From Squalus acanthias (taxonomy: Eukaryota), in NCBI GenBank assembly GCA_030390025.1, contig CM059432.1, positions 127,784,001 through 127,848,000 on the forward strand: a DNA stretch of 64,000 nt, written 5' to 3'. The translations under genes were made by a program, and so were the position numbers. The notes beneath the pieces were generated by a model. The model made no database searches. It worked only from the letters and a program-made list of their open reading frames with translations, and was not told where the DNA came from. Shown in pieces: positions 1 through 12,211 of the stretch. Every line of letters starts with the position of its first letter. Position 1 is the first letter of the stretch.

Positions 1-785
1 CTTAACTTGAGATTGTGCGGCGGCGCTAAAACTTACCGCTGCGACCACCTGCGCGCGCAGATTGTGACGTCATTCCATGGTGCAACGCCCTTGTGGCGCC
101 CCGTAGCGGAAATTGAGTGGCGCCCCCTGCCTTACCGCCTGGCGCTTCCAACGACCAGAAGACTGGAACGCTATCAATCGCTGTGGGGCTGGGGGGGGCG
201 CTATTTAAAGGGGGCCTCTTCCTGTCTTTTATTGTTGGTGGCATTTTTGAACTACGCATTCTGAGAGAGAGAGGGAGAGACTTCTGGAGAGATTCAACGT
301 TGTGTGAAGGAGTTTTGGGTACTGAGCAGCACTTTGCAGGTTCATTTTGATTTGCCATTCCTTGTATCGATTTAGCAGAGACTGTGGGAGCTGCACTCTG
401 AGCTCTTTGCCTGGTACTCTCCATTGTTCTTTCCAGCACATTTGATGTGCAAGTCTCTCTAGGCCGAGATTCAAGGCAGCAATGAACAGGATGTGGATGG
501 AAAGCAAGATTAACCATCCCCTTTAAGAACTGGCCCGTGCCATTGTGTGTGTGTTCCATTGCTGACTGACATTACATGAGCTTCGCCAACGCTCCGAGTT
601 AGCGCCTCACTGCTCAGCCTTTGCGCCTTAAGAGAGGTGTGCAGCGCCTGCTTTAGCGCTCCACTCACCTCCCGGGGCGGTAAAAGTGAAGTTTCCTGTC
701 AGTGCCGATAATTAGCGCCAGGCGCTAATATTTGCGTCCGGACGATATTTGCGCCCCAAATGGGGCGCGACCTAATTTCTACCCC
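1..785. mobile_element. Non-autonomous PIF/Harbinger element (~880-bp family), left end beyond the window edge
   Basis: Ends in TIR-like AATTTCTACCCC. Colinear with the copies at 41989-42869 and 45036-45927. Many TAGCGCC/GGCGCTA subterminal motifs. Confidence 0.85.
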
Positions 786-1268
786 TTGATATCTTGTAGT
801 GTTCACCAGTCGCAGTATGCTTCAAGTTAACTGGAGGACACCGTGTGGTCACACTCCATGGTCATCTGGGTGCATACTAGAGCTCGAAACATGGGCACGC
901 AGTCGGAGAGACCCTCCCCAGTAATCTTTCATAGTGCTAAGCTTGAAATGCACTGTGAGGAAAGAAGAATATTGAGCAGCATGTTAAAAACAAGGAAACC
1001 TGGCCCTGTTCTGACTGTCAGATCTGGATAGTTGCAATGTTAGTTTGCTATTCTGCTGGCAGTCTTTGAGAGGGGCAAATACCCTGGATTCATTGAAACT
1101 ATGTTTATGCCTTTGTTCAAAGCCAAAATTGTAATTGTCGAGCTCAGTAACCATGGTGCCTGCACAGTTCTTTGGAGCACATCTGTGTAATACAAAATAA
1201 TTTTCTGTGTATCACACTGAATTGATTTTGACAAAAAAAATTGAGATATTTGCTATTTCAAGCACATA

Positions 1269-1580
1269 GGGCTGAATTTTCTGGGATGGTGGCGGGTGAG
1301 ATTGGTAGCAGGTTGGGTGGGAAAGTTGTTATTTTTGACAGCGGGTCAGGAACCCGCTGTCATCTCGCTCCCACGCTCCTTTCCCACAGGTGCGTCTGTC
1401 ATCACGCAGCCAACCCGACCGGCAGCAATGGGGGACCCAATTGAGATAATTATCAGGTAGTTTACAGGCAATTAAGAGCCTTTTTTCACTTACTTTTTAA
1501 ATTTCCCTGCATGGCCACGGGATTCACACAACTCGGGAACCACGTCTGTCAACCTGATGCGTGAGTTCCGTGGCCATTGC
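1269..1580. mobile_element. Harbinger-type MITE, left-end fragment (GGGCTG TIR lineage)
   Basis: Starts GGGCTGAATTTT after ATA. Contains GGCGGG/CCCGC motifs. A possible matching right end lies at about 2500-2659. Confidence 0.55.
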
Positions 1581-2020
1581 TGCAGCTGATTACTTCACAG
1601 CATGAAAAACAAACCAAAATAAAAACATGTTGATTACATCAGCTAACAGATCGATGGAGATTCTGTTCTACTTGAAAAGCTACTGCTAAATGTTAATTTA
1701 GAAATTCCTGAAGCAATGGAAGTGCTGAAGGCTCCCCTCCTACCCTGGATGGTGAGGGAAATACATTTTTCACTGGCCATTCTCAGCTGCAACAGTAATT
1801 GCAGTGAATTGATCTGCACTTTAAAAAATTATATATACCATTTAAATAAATTTTTGTGTTGTTTCTGGTCAGGTTTTTCTCACAGTATACTGTGATTGTC
1901 CAGTTGCAGATTAAATCAAGTCAGCAACCGCAACAATTTCATTCTCATCACTCATCCCACTGGTTCAATTTGCTTTCAGTCCCTGAATATAACTGATGTA
2001 ATTTTTCAGTCTGAGACTTT

Positions 2021-2175
2021 GGGGTGAATTTCTGTGGAGGTTCTCTCACTTGTCCATTGTTAACTTCAACGGAAGAGCTGCAGAAATCCCAGAAACACAC
2101 AAGCACCACTTACACTGTTTGTCAGGGTTTCCGCAGCTCTTCCGCTGAACTTGCATAAGATTGTAAATCCACCCC
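2021..2175. mobile_element. 155-bp palindromic Harbinger-type MITE
   Basis: TIRs GGGGTGAATTT / AAATCCACCCC with TTT on both flanks. Internal inverted repeat CGGAAGAGCTGC...GCAGCTCTTCCG. Confidence 0.75.
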
Positions 2176-3357
2176 TTTACAATTACATTTAAAATCTGCT
2201 TAATTTTATATATTACCTATAAACACACATCTTTTATTTGTACCAGTTACTGATACAAAAGTCTATAGATTTGTGACTAAAGCACCAATAACTTCCCAAT
2301 TAATGTACTTTTTAAATTATGTTCTTGATCGTATTTGTAGATGGCGTCATATTACTTAATGGTAATATTATTTAAATATTTCTTTGTCACTCATATATAA
2401 CTTTTATTATATTATTGTTAGATTAAATCTCAAATGTAATGTGGACACGGTCCCTTTAAGGATCCCAGCTGAAAACATGTCATGAATGATGTCCCAAGAC
2501 CCCCTCCATCTAATTGGGCCAGGTAACGCGCTGGGCAGGTTTAACAGGCCTCATTAAGGTAAGTTTATTTTCAGCAGCGGGATGGAGCCAGCAGCGGGGT
2601 CGCGACCCGCCACGGACACCGCCCACACCAGACCCGCCCAGGTAGGCAAAATTCCAGCCACAATGTTTGTATCAACTCTGGAATGATCAGAAAGAACTGG
2701 GCATCTTAACTGGGTAAGGGTGCCTAACTTATTGGGAATACAGCACCTGGGGCCACCAAAATGCAGTGAAACGACAGTGAAGAACATAGGTTTGATCCAT
2801 TGCTGAGTTCCTAATCTCAGCTGGGGCTCCAACAAATACTTGCATTTATATAGCACCTTTAATGTAATAAAATGTTATTATCTAAGAGTAGACCTAGTGC
2901 TACCTCATGGGGGGGTAAAGTGAAATCAGAGGAAGACTTATCCTCAGGCTGGTCTTGTGTATTTGCTGACAGCCGCTTCAGTTGGTGGGACAAATCATCT
3001 GGTTGCTCTCAGATAAACAAAATATTGCCATAGCACTTTGACCTCCTGTTTCTCAAACCAATTTGTAAAATATACTGGGATTCTTAGAAAAGTACATTTT
3101 TGCTACTCTTTGTCAATATTTGAAAAGTCCATTATCAACTGATCCGTACTTTTCTCACCCAGGATGCTCCTTGTTCTCTAATTGAAACACTGAAGATTTT
3201 AAATCACCAGCCATTTGTTCTGACACCAGATTATTTCAATCTGCAGGAAGTCAAAAAAATTGATGAGGAATTCTTTGTGTCAATTTCCCAGCCAGGTCTT
3301 GTGACATTCACCCAATACCACAATTTATCAGTCCCCTTCATAACTTGAAAAAGCTTA

Positions 3358-3557
3358 GGGCTGAAATCACGTAGTCCTGGGGGACAAATTAACAGCATTA
3401 TATGGCTGGGCAAGGGCAGAAATTGGGGCTGACTAGAGTAAACTGCATCTCTGCCCCTCTCTGTATGGGTTTAGAGATTGTGTCACAAGTGGGAATGGCC
3501 ACGTTATGCTCATGCCCTGACCCTGGGACTCCAGCTCCACTCCCAAAAATCCTGCCC
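3358..3557. mobile_element. Old Harbinger-type MITE
   Basis: Ends GGGCTGAAAT ... AAATCCTGCCC. TSD is not conserved. Confidence 0.45.
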
Positions 3558-3667
3558 AGGAATTTCTTGACTTTTTTTAATCATCTCAAAGCCTTTTGTT
3601 TTCTAGTGAGAACAAGCTCAACTTTCCCTCATCTTAGATTTCTGAGATCCTTAACTGATTCCTGAGA

Positions 3668-3940
3668 TAGAAACCTAGGAACATAGGAAAAAGTAAGCCA
3701 TTCAGCCCCTCAAGCCTATTTCGCCATTCAATTAGATTATGGTTTAACTGTACCTCAACCCCATTTACCCACCTTTGCTCCATATCTCTTGATTGATACC
3801 CTGACCTAATAAGAAATCTGATATCATCTTTCTTACCATATACTGCACCCTGTTTAGGGCAATAATATCATTCCTATGATATGGTGAACAGTACTAAATG
3901 CATTCTATCTCTCAGCTAATGAAACCCAATACCTGGTTTG
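3668..3940 (-). mobile_element. CR1 LINE 3'-end remnant
   Basis: Reverse complement of the CR1-type 3' tail (AACATAGG...GCCATTCAGCCC) seen repeatedly in this window. Confidence 0.55.
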
Positions 3941-4469
3941 CCAAATGGTTTCTCACAATAACTGTAGGAAAAATGGACAGGGATTTGTGCCAGAGAATTT
4001 ATTATAATGCCTAAATTGACTTGGAATTACAAAACACAAATTAAAAAGATGCAGAGTCCAGCCATTAATGAGAATGGTGTACAACATTAGCTGAAGAGCC
4101 ATTTAACTGAGTTCACAGATAAGGTCGAACACAATTTAATTTGTTATTAACAGGTTACTTTATTTCACTACTTCTATGAGGTGATGGCAATGCGAGAGCT
4201 TTTCATCCTCAGCTGGCCTCAATTTAACAACATTCGGTTCAAAATCCAGTATCACAGCAGTAAGAACATTAGTATGCTTGGAAAATTTACATTTTCCAGA
4301 TCATATGAAAGTGTAACAGGTAGCAATCATACGCTTCTTGTTTAAGTCCAAAGCTTAATTGAATTTAGAACAAAGGTATATAACCTTTTTGATCAAGTGT
4401 TTCTTTAACTTGGTTCATGCCTGGATTATGTCTTTGTGGTTCACCTTGCTCCCTACCACTGAGAATGGC

Positions 4470-4685
4470 ATGCGAACACCATCATTTGAACGTTCCCCTC
4501 CAAGTCGCACACCATTCTGGCTTGGACATATACCTCTCTTCCTTCCTCATTTGCTGTGTTAAGACTCTGGAATTCCCTACTTCACAGCATCGTGGGAGCA
4601 CCATCACCACACGGACTGCAGTGGTTCAAGAAGGCGGCCCACCACCACATTCTCAGGACAACGAGACATGGGCAATAAATGCAGC
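4470..4685 (+). mobile_element. 3' fragment of the LINE family found at 57855-61365
   Basis: CCACACGGACTGCAGTGGTTCAAGAAGGCGGCCCACCACCAC...GGGCAATAAATGC matches the 3' end at 61270-61350. Confidence 0.75.
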
Positions 4686-5279
4686 TCAGCTGGCGCTGTG
4701 CACTCACTGAGAACACATTTAAATTAGATGTTTTCTTCATAAAAACTGCAGCAATGATGTACAAGCACCTCCAATAAATTATGTAAATAGTGCACAGCTC
4801 AGTTCGTCACAACTCTCATTTATGAAATTCAAATGAGAAAGCTAACATTTAATACAAGATCCTCAGTGATCACTTTCTGCAAGTGAAGCAAAATGAAAAT
4901 ATCCACTGGGCTTCACTGAGAATCAGTAAAATAAGCTTTCTTTAGGATTATTTTTAATTGATAACATATTTAGAATGTTGTTTACATATATTTTATGCTA
5001 GTTGATCTCCCATGATGACGCACATGGGGAGTCACGATCAAGTGTAGTCTTCAGGTGAAGTGGGGTTAGAGGGCAAGGATATTTGGACCATGACACACAG
5101 ATGCAATTCAGGCCCCATTTTAAAGTCATAGATTGTGCCCGTATTTTTATATTTCCATTATACATTTCTGAGTTTACATTTAGAATGGGAACTTGTCATC
5201 TGACAAATACACCCTCCCAGTAGTGGTGGCGCTGCAGCGATCATGTGATCACAACATGACAACTTTATACAGGCAGTTT

Positions 5280-5700
5280 CCATTATAAATGAAGATGCAG
5301 AAATTGAAAAAGTTAATAGGAAGCGCAAGAGTACAGTTCACAGCCCCTTGAACCCTAAAAAAAAACCCTGCCACCCTGATAACATCCCAATGCCCTTTCC
5401 CATTGAGAAACTGCATCCATGGGAAAATAAATGATCTGGTCAGCTCCAATGAACGGTGCATCGGTCGACCATCAGATCTGATGCCACAGTGCACCGTGAC
5501 TGTGAAATGTTGCAGACATTTCCCCAGCACTTGGCTGGCAGTATTCTGATGCATTGAACGTCAGTGCCTTGGATACCTTCACTTCCACAGACAAAGCAGT
5601 TGCGTTCCATGTTGATGGTTTCAGCTAGGGTTCCAGGATCCTGCATAATTCATGGGGTGTTTTCTTGGGCATTCATAGTCTCCTCAAGTATCGCTCTTCA
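5280..5700 (-). pseudogene. Highly degraded Harbinger transposase fragment
   Basis: Frameshifted motifs ALSVEVKV, CNISQS.VHC and VAGF..VQGAVNCT, homologous to the transposases at 35312-36490 and 51126-52334. Confidence 0.65.
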
Positions 5701-5786
5701 GAAAATTGGAAGTTAAATGTTGGGTACTCTGTACACTCTGTTGGCCGGGTAACTCCTCACCCCCCTCATTCTCCTCCTATAAATCT

Positions 5787-6160
5787 AGGCTGACACTCCA
5801 GTGAGGGAGTGCTGCACTGTTGGAGGTGCCGTCTTTCGGATGAGATGTTAAACCAAGGCCCCGTCTGCTCTCTCAGCTGGACGTAAAAGATCCCGTGGCA
5901 CTATTTCGAAGAAGAGCAGGGGAGTTATCCCCGGTGTCCTGGCCAATACTTATCCCTCAACAAACATAACAAAGAAAACAGATTATCTGGTCATTATCAC
6001 ATTGCTGTCTGTGGGAGCTTGCTGCGTGCATATTGACTGCCACATTTCCCACATTACTACAGTGACTCCACTTCAAAAGTACTTCATTGGCTGTAAAGCG
6101 CTATGAGACGTCCGGTGGTCGTGAAAGGCGTTATATAAATGCAAGTCTTTCAAATCTTTC
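5787..6160 (+). mobile_element. DeuSINE (SacSINE1/AmnSINE1-like)
   Basis: Core GGAGGTGCCGTCTTTCGGATGAGA...AAAAGATCCC.TGGCACTATTTCGAAGAAGAGCAGGGGAG and tail TATATAAATGCAAGTCTTTC. Recognised from memory of the family consensus. Confidence 0.8.
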
Positions 6161-7696
6161 TTTCTATGCATTCGGACCCTCTCTGCTCCTCCTTCCTATT
6201 ATCATCATCAAGGAAGGCCAAGATGACTGCCTAGTCATCTGTACTGGTATTCCAAAGGGAATTCCCTGTTAATAGGATTTGTGGACCCTATTTAAATGCT
6301 TCAAATTGTAAATTCACAGCTGCAGGCTTGCGGAAGAGATACCCTTTAAGTCCAAAGACGGAGACTGACAGCAACAAAAGCTAGTGCCCTGATCTAAACA
6401 TTCTCCAAACAAGAAAACAAAATCTCACCTTGTTTAAATGAATGTTTAAGTTTGGTGCCTTCCAGGGCCTCTGCTGAAATTTAGATTCTGAGAGCTAGGC
6501 CCGCCTATTCTAGACCAGTGGGCAAGCGATATACGGAAGAGCAGAATGATGGGAGATCCCACAGATAACGTCCTCCTGCCCTCATTTACAACCTTCCTCT
6601 CTGTTGATGGCAGGGCTCTGTGGCATACTGCATACAATTGTGTGGGAGCAGCCTTGGCAGACCACAATCCCAAGCCGGTTTCTGCCCACGCTCGCCACTT
6701 ATTGCACAAATTCTTGGGTAGGGTGGGTATATATGCAGTCCAATTTTTCTGATGGTTGTAGTTAGCAATAGTACATTCATGACTGGTGTCAGTTTCAGTT
6801 TGCCAGCCTGTACAAGGACACTAAGTCACATACAACAGTAAAAGGCTCCCCTTCAGTATAATGTTGAGCCAAATGTTCAAGATGAGAAACACGCGCTGGA
6901 GCATATGGTAGAACACCACGAGCCCTGTGCAGACAGTGGAATCACGCCATTAGCAGTCCAAAAAGTGTGCTCTACAATCACTCCAGAATGGGCCTCAATT
7001 TGTCTCTCTTCAGAATCACTGTGAGGAATCCTGACCAGAGTCACGAGCCAAAATTGGAGAGAGTATCTTTTATCTCCCAAAAGCCACCCCTCTCTGTAAA
7101 ACAAGATTCCAGAGTGACTGCTACTACATTGCTGCATAGATTTTAATTGCATTGCTCTCCAAGAAGGAGTCTCAATATTTGAGGAGCATAATAGGTAACT
7201 TATAATAAGGCACTTGAAGATGTGAACATTTTGTTTATTTAAAAATTGTTGAAATATTACAATAAAAATGGTATAAACAGATTAATGAAACATGAATAGT
7301 TTTCTTTACAGTTACTTTGGTAAATTTTGATATTTTGAACCCTCTTCCCTTCTTTGGGCTGAATTTATTGAACTGCCTGCCAGGGAGCTTCTGCAACACG
7401 TCGAAGAATGCTTAAAACAGCACACAGGGAGATGGTTAGATTCCAGATCTCCCTAACTGGTCATTAAGAATGGGCCACCAGCTCTTCACATTTTCCCTCC
7501 CTTCCTGTGAGAAATCATTAGGCCATACAAAAAAAAAGAGAATCCCTTTGATTAATTCATTTCATATAATTGTTATTGATGATTACACCATATCCACAGC
7601 ACCTTGTACTCATGTTATGTATGTATACTACCACCTAATGGCCACTTCAGGCTATTGCTTAATCATCGCAGATGTACCTCTGGTTCACATTTATAA

Positions 7697-8020
7697 AGAA
7701 AGAACTTGCATTTATTCAGCACCTTTCACGACCTAAGGACATGCCAAAGCGCTTCACAGCCAATTAGCTACTTTCTTTTGAAGTGTAGTCACTGTTGTAA
7801 TGTTGGAAACTCGGCAGCATATTTGTGCACAGCAAGCTCCCACAAACAGCAAAGAGGTAAGTGAGCAGATAATCTATTTTAGTGACACTGGTTGAGGGAT
7901 AAATATTGCTCAGGACACCGGGGAGAACTTCCCTGCTCTTTTTTTGAAAGTTGCAATGGGATAGTTTACATCCACCTGAGAGGGCAGACGGGGCCTCGGT
8001 TTAACGTCTTGTCCGAAAAA
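7697..8020 (-). mobile_element. DeuSINE copy
   Basis: Reverse complement of the 5787-6160 element. Confidence 0.75.
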
Positions 8021-8099
8021 CAGGTTTATATATTTATGATAACTCCATGTATCTATTGTGAATGTTTCTTCCATTTACTAGTTTTGGTCTTATCTATTT

Positions 8100-9260
8100 C
8101 CACTGAAAGCCTCCATACACTTCCAAGGCCTGTGTTTACTTAAAGGAAACTGTCTCCTTGCAACCATTTTTGGCAAACATTTTCTCAGTTTGTTTGCAAA
8201 TACATATGGGCCTCTGTCCGTTCTGTCCAAGGCAGAGGAGATGGTGGAGCCCCGAGTCTGCAAAGCCCCAATATGCGCATTTCTAAGAGATGCTACTCCT
8301 GGCGCCACAAACTTCTGCAAGGACGACCCAGCTGCAGCATTCATTCAGGTGACCACATGCTCCATTGTTGAATGCAGAGTGTCAATGCCATGCAAGAGAA
8401 CCCCACACACGTTAGTAGTGGACTCCTTCACATTCTTCGACATGTTGCTGAAGCTCCCTGGCAGGCAGGTCAATACATTCTGCGATTACTGCTGCACAGA
8501 AAACATCCTTCTTTTAAAGACTGGGCTCCAAAAGTCTGCATCGCTATCCTCTTCTTCAGCAGAGATAGAAGGTGAATTTGCCCTCCGGTGAGCCGCTTCC
8601 TGGGCTGTCCTTTCCACCTGCAGCTGTTCACTCCTGCTCAGTGAATCATGCAGCGCAGACATCTCCCATTCACTATCTGTACCACTTGAGGTCCTGGTGC
8701 TTGGAAGGGTAAGAGCAAGTGATGGTACCTCTGCGGGAGAGTTCTCCCACTCAGTCTGTGCGGCTGCAGGGCTCAAGTCATTTGAAAGACTAGGGTGAGC
8801 ATATAATGGCAAGTGAAAGCAGTAGCTGGTTGAATGGTAGCACAATGCAGCACCAGCTTGTCATCCGGAGTGTGTGTGTGTGAATGAGAGAGTTAAGTGG
8901 AAAGAGAAAAATAAGGGAATATGCCCAAACACCTTGCTGTGCATGGCCTGCAGTCTCGCCATCTCCAATGCTGCGTGTCCTCTCTCTTTGCCATTCATGT
9001 CGATGGACACCACCTCCATTGGTGTCAGAGCTTGCAGTGTAGCGAGAGCTCTTCCTGTTCTTAAAGTCTCCCTTTGATTATGTGCCAGCTTCTCTTACAA
9101 GGACAGTGGCAGTGGGTCAGTGTGTGCCCCAGTGAAGGGTTTTGATGATAGTGTACATGCTTGAGAGGAAGAAACAGCATGTGTGGCCAAGAGGGGGCAG
9201 TAGTTGTGAGGGCAGAAGCGGGGCTTGAGTGTGTGAATGCAAGCAGAAAGGGGTGTAGTG
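8100..9260 (-). pseudogene. Degraded Harbinger Myb/SANT-like gene (exons 2-3)
   Basis: Exon-2-like EKLAHNQRETLRTG...IGDGE at about 8930-9095. Exon-3-like ...RRANS...EEDSDADFWSPVFKRRM, similar to 34260-34360. Confidence 0.6.
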
Positions 9261-9265
9261 AAGCG

Positions 9266-9958
9266 TCCTTTCATAATTGTAAAGACCTCTATTAGGTCAT
9301 CCCTCAGCCTTCTCTTTTCAAGAGAAAAGAGACCCAGCCTGTTCATCCTTTCCTGATAGGTATAACCTCACAGTTCTGGTATCATCCTTATAAATCTTTT
9401 TTGCACCCTCTCCAGCGCCTCTATATCCTTTTTATAATATGGCGATCAGAATTATACACAGTACTCCAAGTGTGGTCTAACCAAGGTTCGATACAAGTTT
9501 AGCATAACTTCCCTACTTTTCAATTCTATCCCTCTACAAATAAACCCTAGTGCTTGGTTTGCTTTTGTTATGGCCTTATTGACCTATGTCGCAACTTTTA
9601 GTGATTTGTGTATTTGTACTCCCAGATCCCTTTGCTCCTCTACCCCATTTAGATTTCTTACCAAAATGTATTACCTCACACTTAGCTGAAATTAATTTGC
9701 CAATTATATGCCCATTCTTCAAGTTTTTTAATGTCTTCTTGTAACTTGTTGCTGTCCTCCTCAGTGTTGACTATCCCTCCCAATTTGGTTATCATCTGCA
9801 AATTTAGAAATTGTGTTTTTGATTCCTAAAGTCTAAATCATTAATATAAATTGTGAACAACAGAGATCCCAGCACTGATCCTTGTGGGACCCCACTTTCC
9901 ACCTTCTGTCGCTCTGAATAGCTACCCTTTACCCCTACTCTCTGCTTTTTGTCTTTCA
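9266..9958 (-). mobile_element. CR1 LINE ORF2 (RT C-terminal) fragment
   Basis: Peptide LNRLGLFSLEKRRLRDDLIEVF, and an RT-like GVPQGSVLG motif near 9870-9895. Confidence 0.85.
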
Positions 9959-10408
9959 GCTAGACTCCTCCATCCTCTCTGCTATTGTGGACAGTGCATG
10001 GCAGGACTGCCAGTATCTCGCAGATTTGCTGCTGTCCCTCTCTGATTATCCTCTCCATCGATGTGTCCAGCTGAGCAGAGCTTGGAGAAGAGTGCGCCCT
10101 CCAACGTGGGCTCTCCACTGCTGTCCCTGCCACCATGCTCTGCTCGTGCTCACTTGTGAACTGTGATTCACTAGGTAAAAACTGTTTAACAGGATCCACT
10201 GAAGTGCGCACATCTGTGCTGGTGCCTGGTAAGCATATGACCTGTGACGGTGCACCCTCAGAAGGAATCAGCTCCTCTAAGGAATCATCCGTGGACTGCT
10301 GTTCTACGTGTGAAGGCCCTGGAGGAGAGCAGAGACAGGTATGAATTAGTACTGGCAATGTAAAAATGTTGCTACTTAGCATAATTAAGATAATCATATT
10401 TCACTCGT

Positions 10409-12211
10409 TCTTGAGATTAGCCAATTTGTTGATATTAGCTTATCTCTGGTCTGTCAGATAATCAGGATCGACTGCAAACCAATATGGTAGGAATATTGGG
10501 AGAAAAATTCGGTTGCTTTGCGCCTCCCGTTAGCGCCGAGGGGGCGCAAGGCACCTAGCGCCTGGGCGCGGCGCCGCTAACGCCCCCCGCAAAATTCAGC
10601 GGGAGGTTAGCGGCGGCAGTAGCCAGCAGCACCCTGTGGCTCTGCGGCTCCGGCGATGACGCCATCGTCATGCGCAACACCCCAGCCGCAAACTTGGCTC
10701 ACGCCCCCTGACCTACCACCGGATGTTATGTCCAACAGGGTCAGGGAGCCGTGTTTGCGGCCAGGCAGCGCAAATTAAAGGGCAGGTGCCGGGTGGCCTT
10801 TTTTTTTAGCCTGCCCCCTCTCGCCTCCTACTGCGGGGTGCCAGCCGCGATCAGTCAGCCTCTTGAGTGCCAGGCTCACTCCTCTTGAGTGCTGGGCTCT
10901 TTTCCTGGCACCCTGGTGGTCCAGCAGGGCCCCGGTGCACACTGCGCTAGGCCTCTCCCCTTTAATCAGGGGAGGAAGGCCTGCAATATCGCAGCACTAC
11001 GTGCTGACGTGCGTGGCGCTGTTGCAAGTAGCGCCATGATATTGAATGGGAGTGCCCCAAGAGGGAGGGGGAGCGCTTCCAGTAGCGCCCTGCCTCCTGC
11101 TTGGGGCGCTACCATTCAATTTCGGGCGCAGGGGCGCTAACTTTTTCAGGGCGCTAAAAGTAGTGCCCCGGCGAAGTTAGCGCCCCAAAGGGGGCCTGAG
11201 TCAATTTTCCCCCCATTTTGTTTAATCAGAGTTTAAGGTGGAATATAACACACTAATTATACATCAAAAATATACTACCATAACAAACAGCTGGTACCGG
11301 ACCCGATCGGATGGACAGTTGGCGTGTGCGAACAGTTCTCCGGCTTACGGCCTTTCCTTCTCTCATCTGGAACCTCCAAGAGTGTTAACTTAGGTCAGCA
11401 TGAGTCCTGGAAGCTCTCCCCTTCACCGTGTCTGCTAAGGGCTTTTCAGGTCTTTCTCTAATACCCTTTTTTAGTGGTGGGCCTGATGTAAAATATTAAC
11501 AGGACCATTTAACCTGTAAGGGCTCTTCCTAAACCAAGGTGCCCAATGGCACGTCGAGTTCTTTGTCTCAACTTCGAGATGAAGATCATCCCTCCAGGAG
11601 GGGTCTTCACAATCATTACACATGCTTCATTGTTTATACGTTTTGAAGACCTACCCATCGGAATCTCTCTTAGCTCCCTTGTCCCTATCCTCCCTAGTTT
11701 GGAGTCAGACATGCCATTCTCGGCCATCAGATGTTCGTAACTGCTTGTTATCAGTTATTTATGTTCATGCTGTTCATGCAACTATTGTACCATGGAATGA
11801 ATTAAATTCCCAAAGATATCTTCTATTCTATGTCATTATACTTAATTAACTTATGTATTTTAAAGCAGCTTTGTTAAACAAAGTCAAAATCCTAACTTAG
11901 TATTATAATATGGTTATTAGCAATAATGGAAGAAACATAGGCGTTGGGCCTTGGTTGGCGAAATCAAAGATACAGTCTACAACCTTTCCAGCACACACAC
12001 AGCAGACAGCTAGTCTGGAAACAAGGTCACCGCCACAGTGCAGAATGTTATAACATCTGCAGAGAATCAAAACACAAGCAGATTCTAAGCATCTATCCAG
12101 TTATTCTAATATTAGTCTGAAGAGACTTTGTGTCTCAAGTTCTAATACAATCATCGAAACACAGTATTATTTGCATAACCTCATATATTTTGGATACCCT
12201 AATTTCTAACA
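10409..12211 (-). mobile_element. Probable solo LTR (~1.08 kb without the nested MITE)
   Basis: TCGT on both flanks (10405-10408, 12212-12215). Minus-strand start TGTTAG; the other end is TCTTGAG (one mismatch to TG). TATA-like and ATTAAA signals on the minus strand. Confidence 0.55.
10498..11214. mobile_element. Harbinger MITE (717 bp)
   Basis: TIRs GGGAGAAAAATTC / CAATTTTCCCCCC, TSD ATT/ATT, TAGCGCC motifs. Confidence 0.85.
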
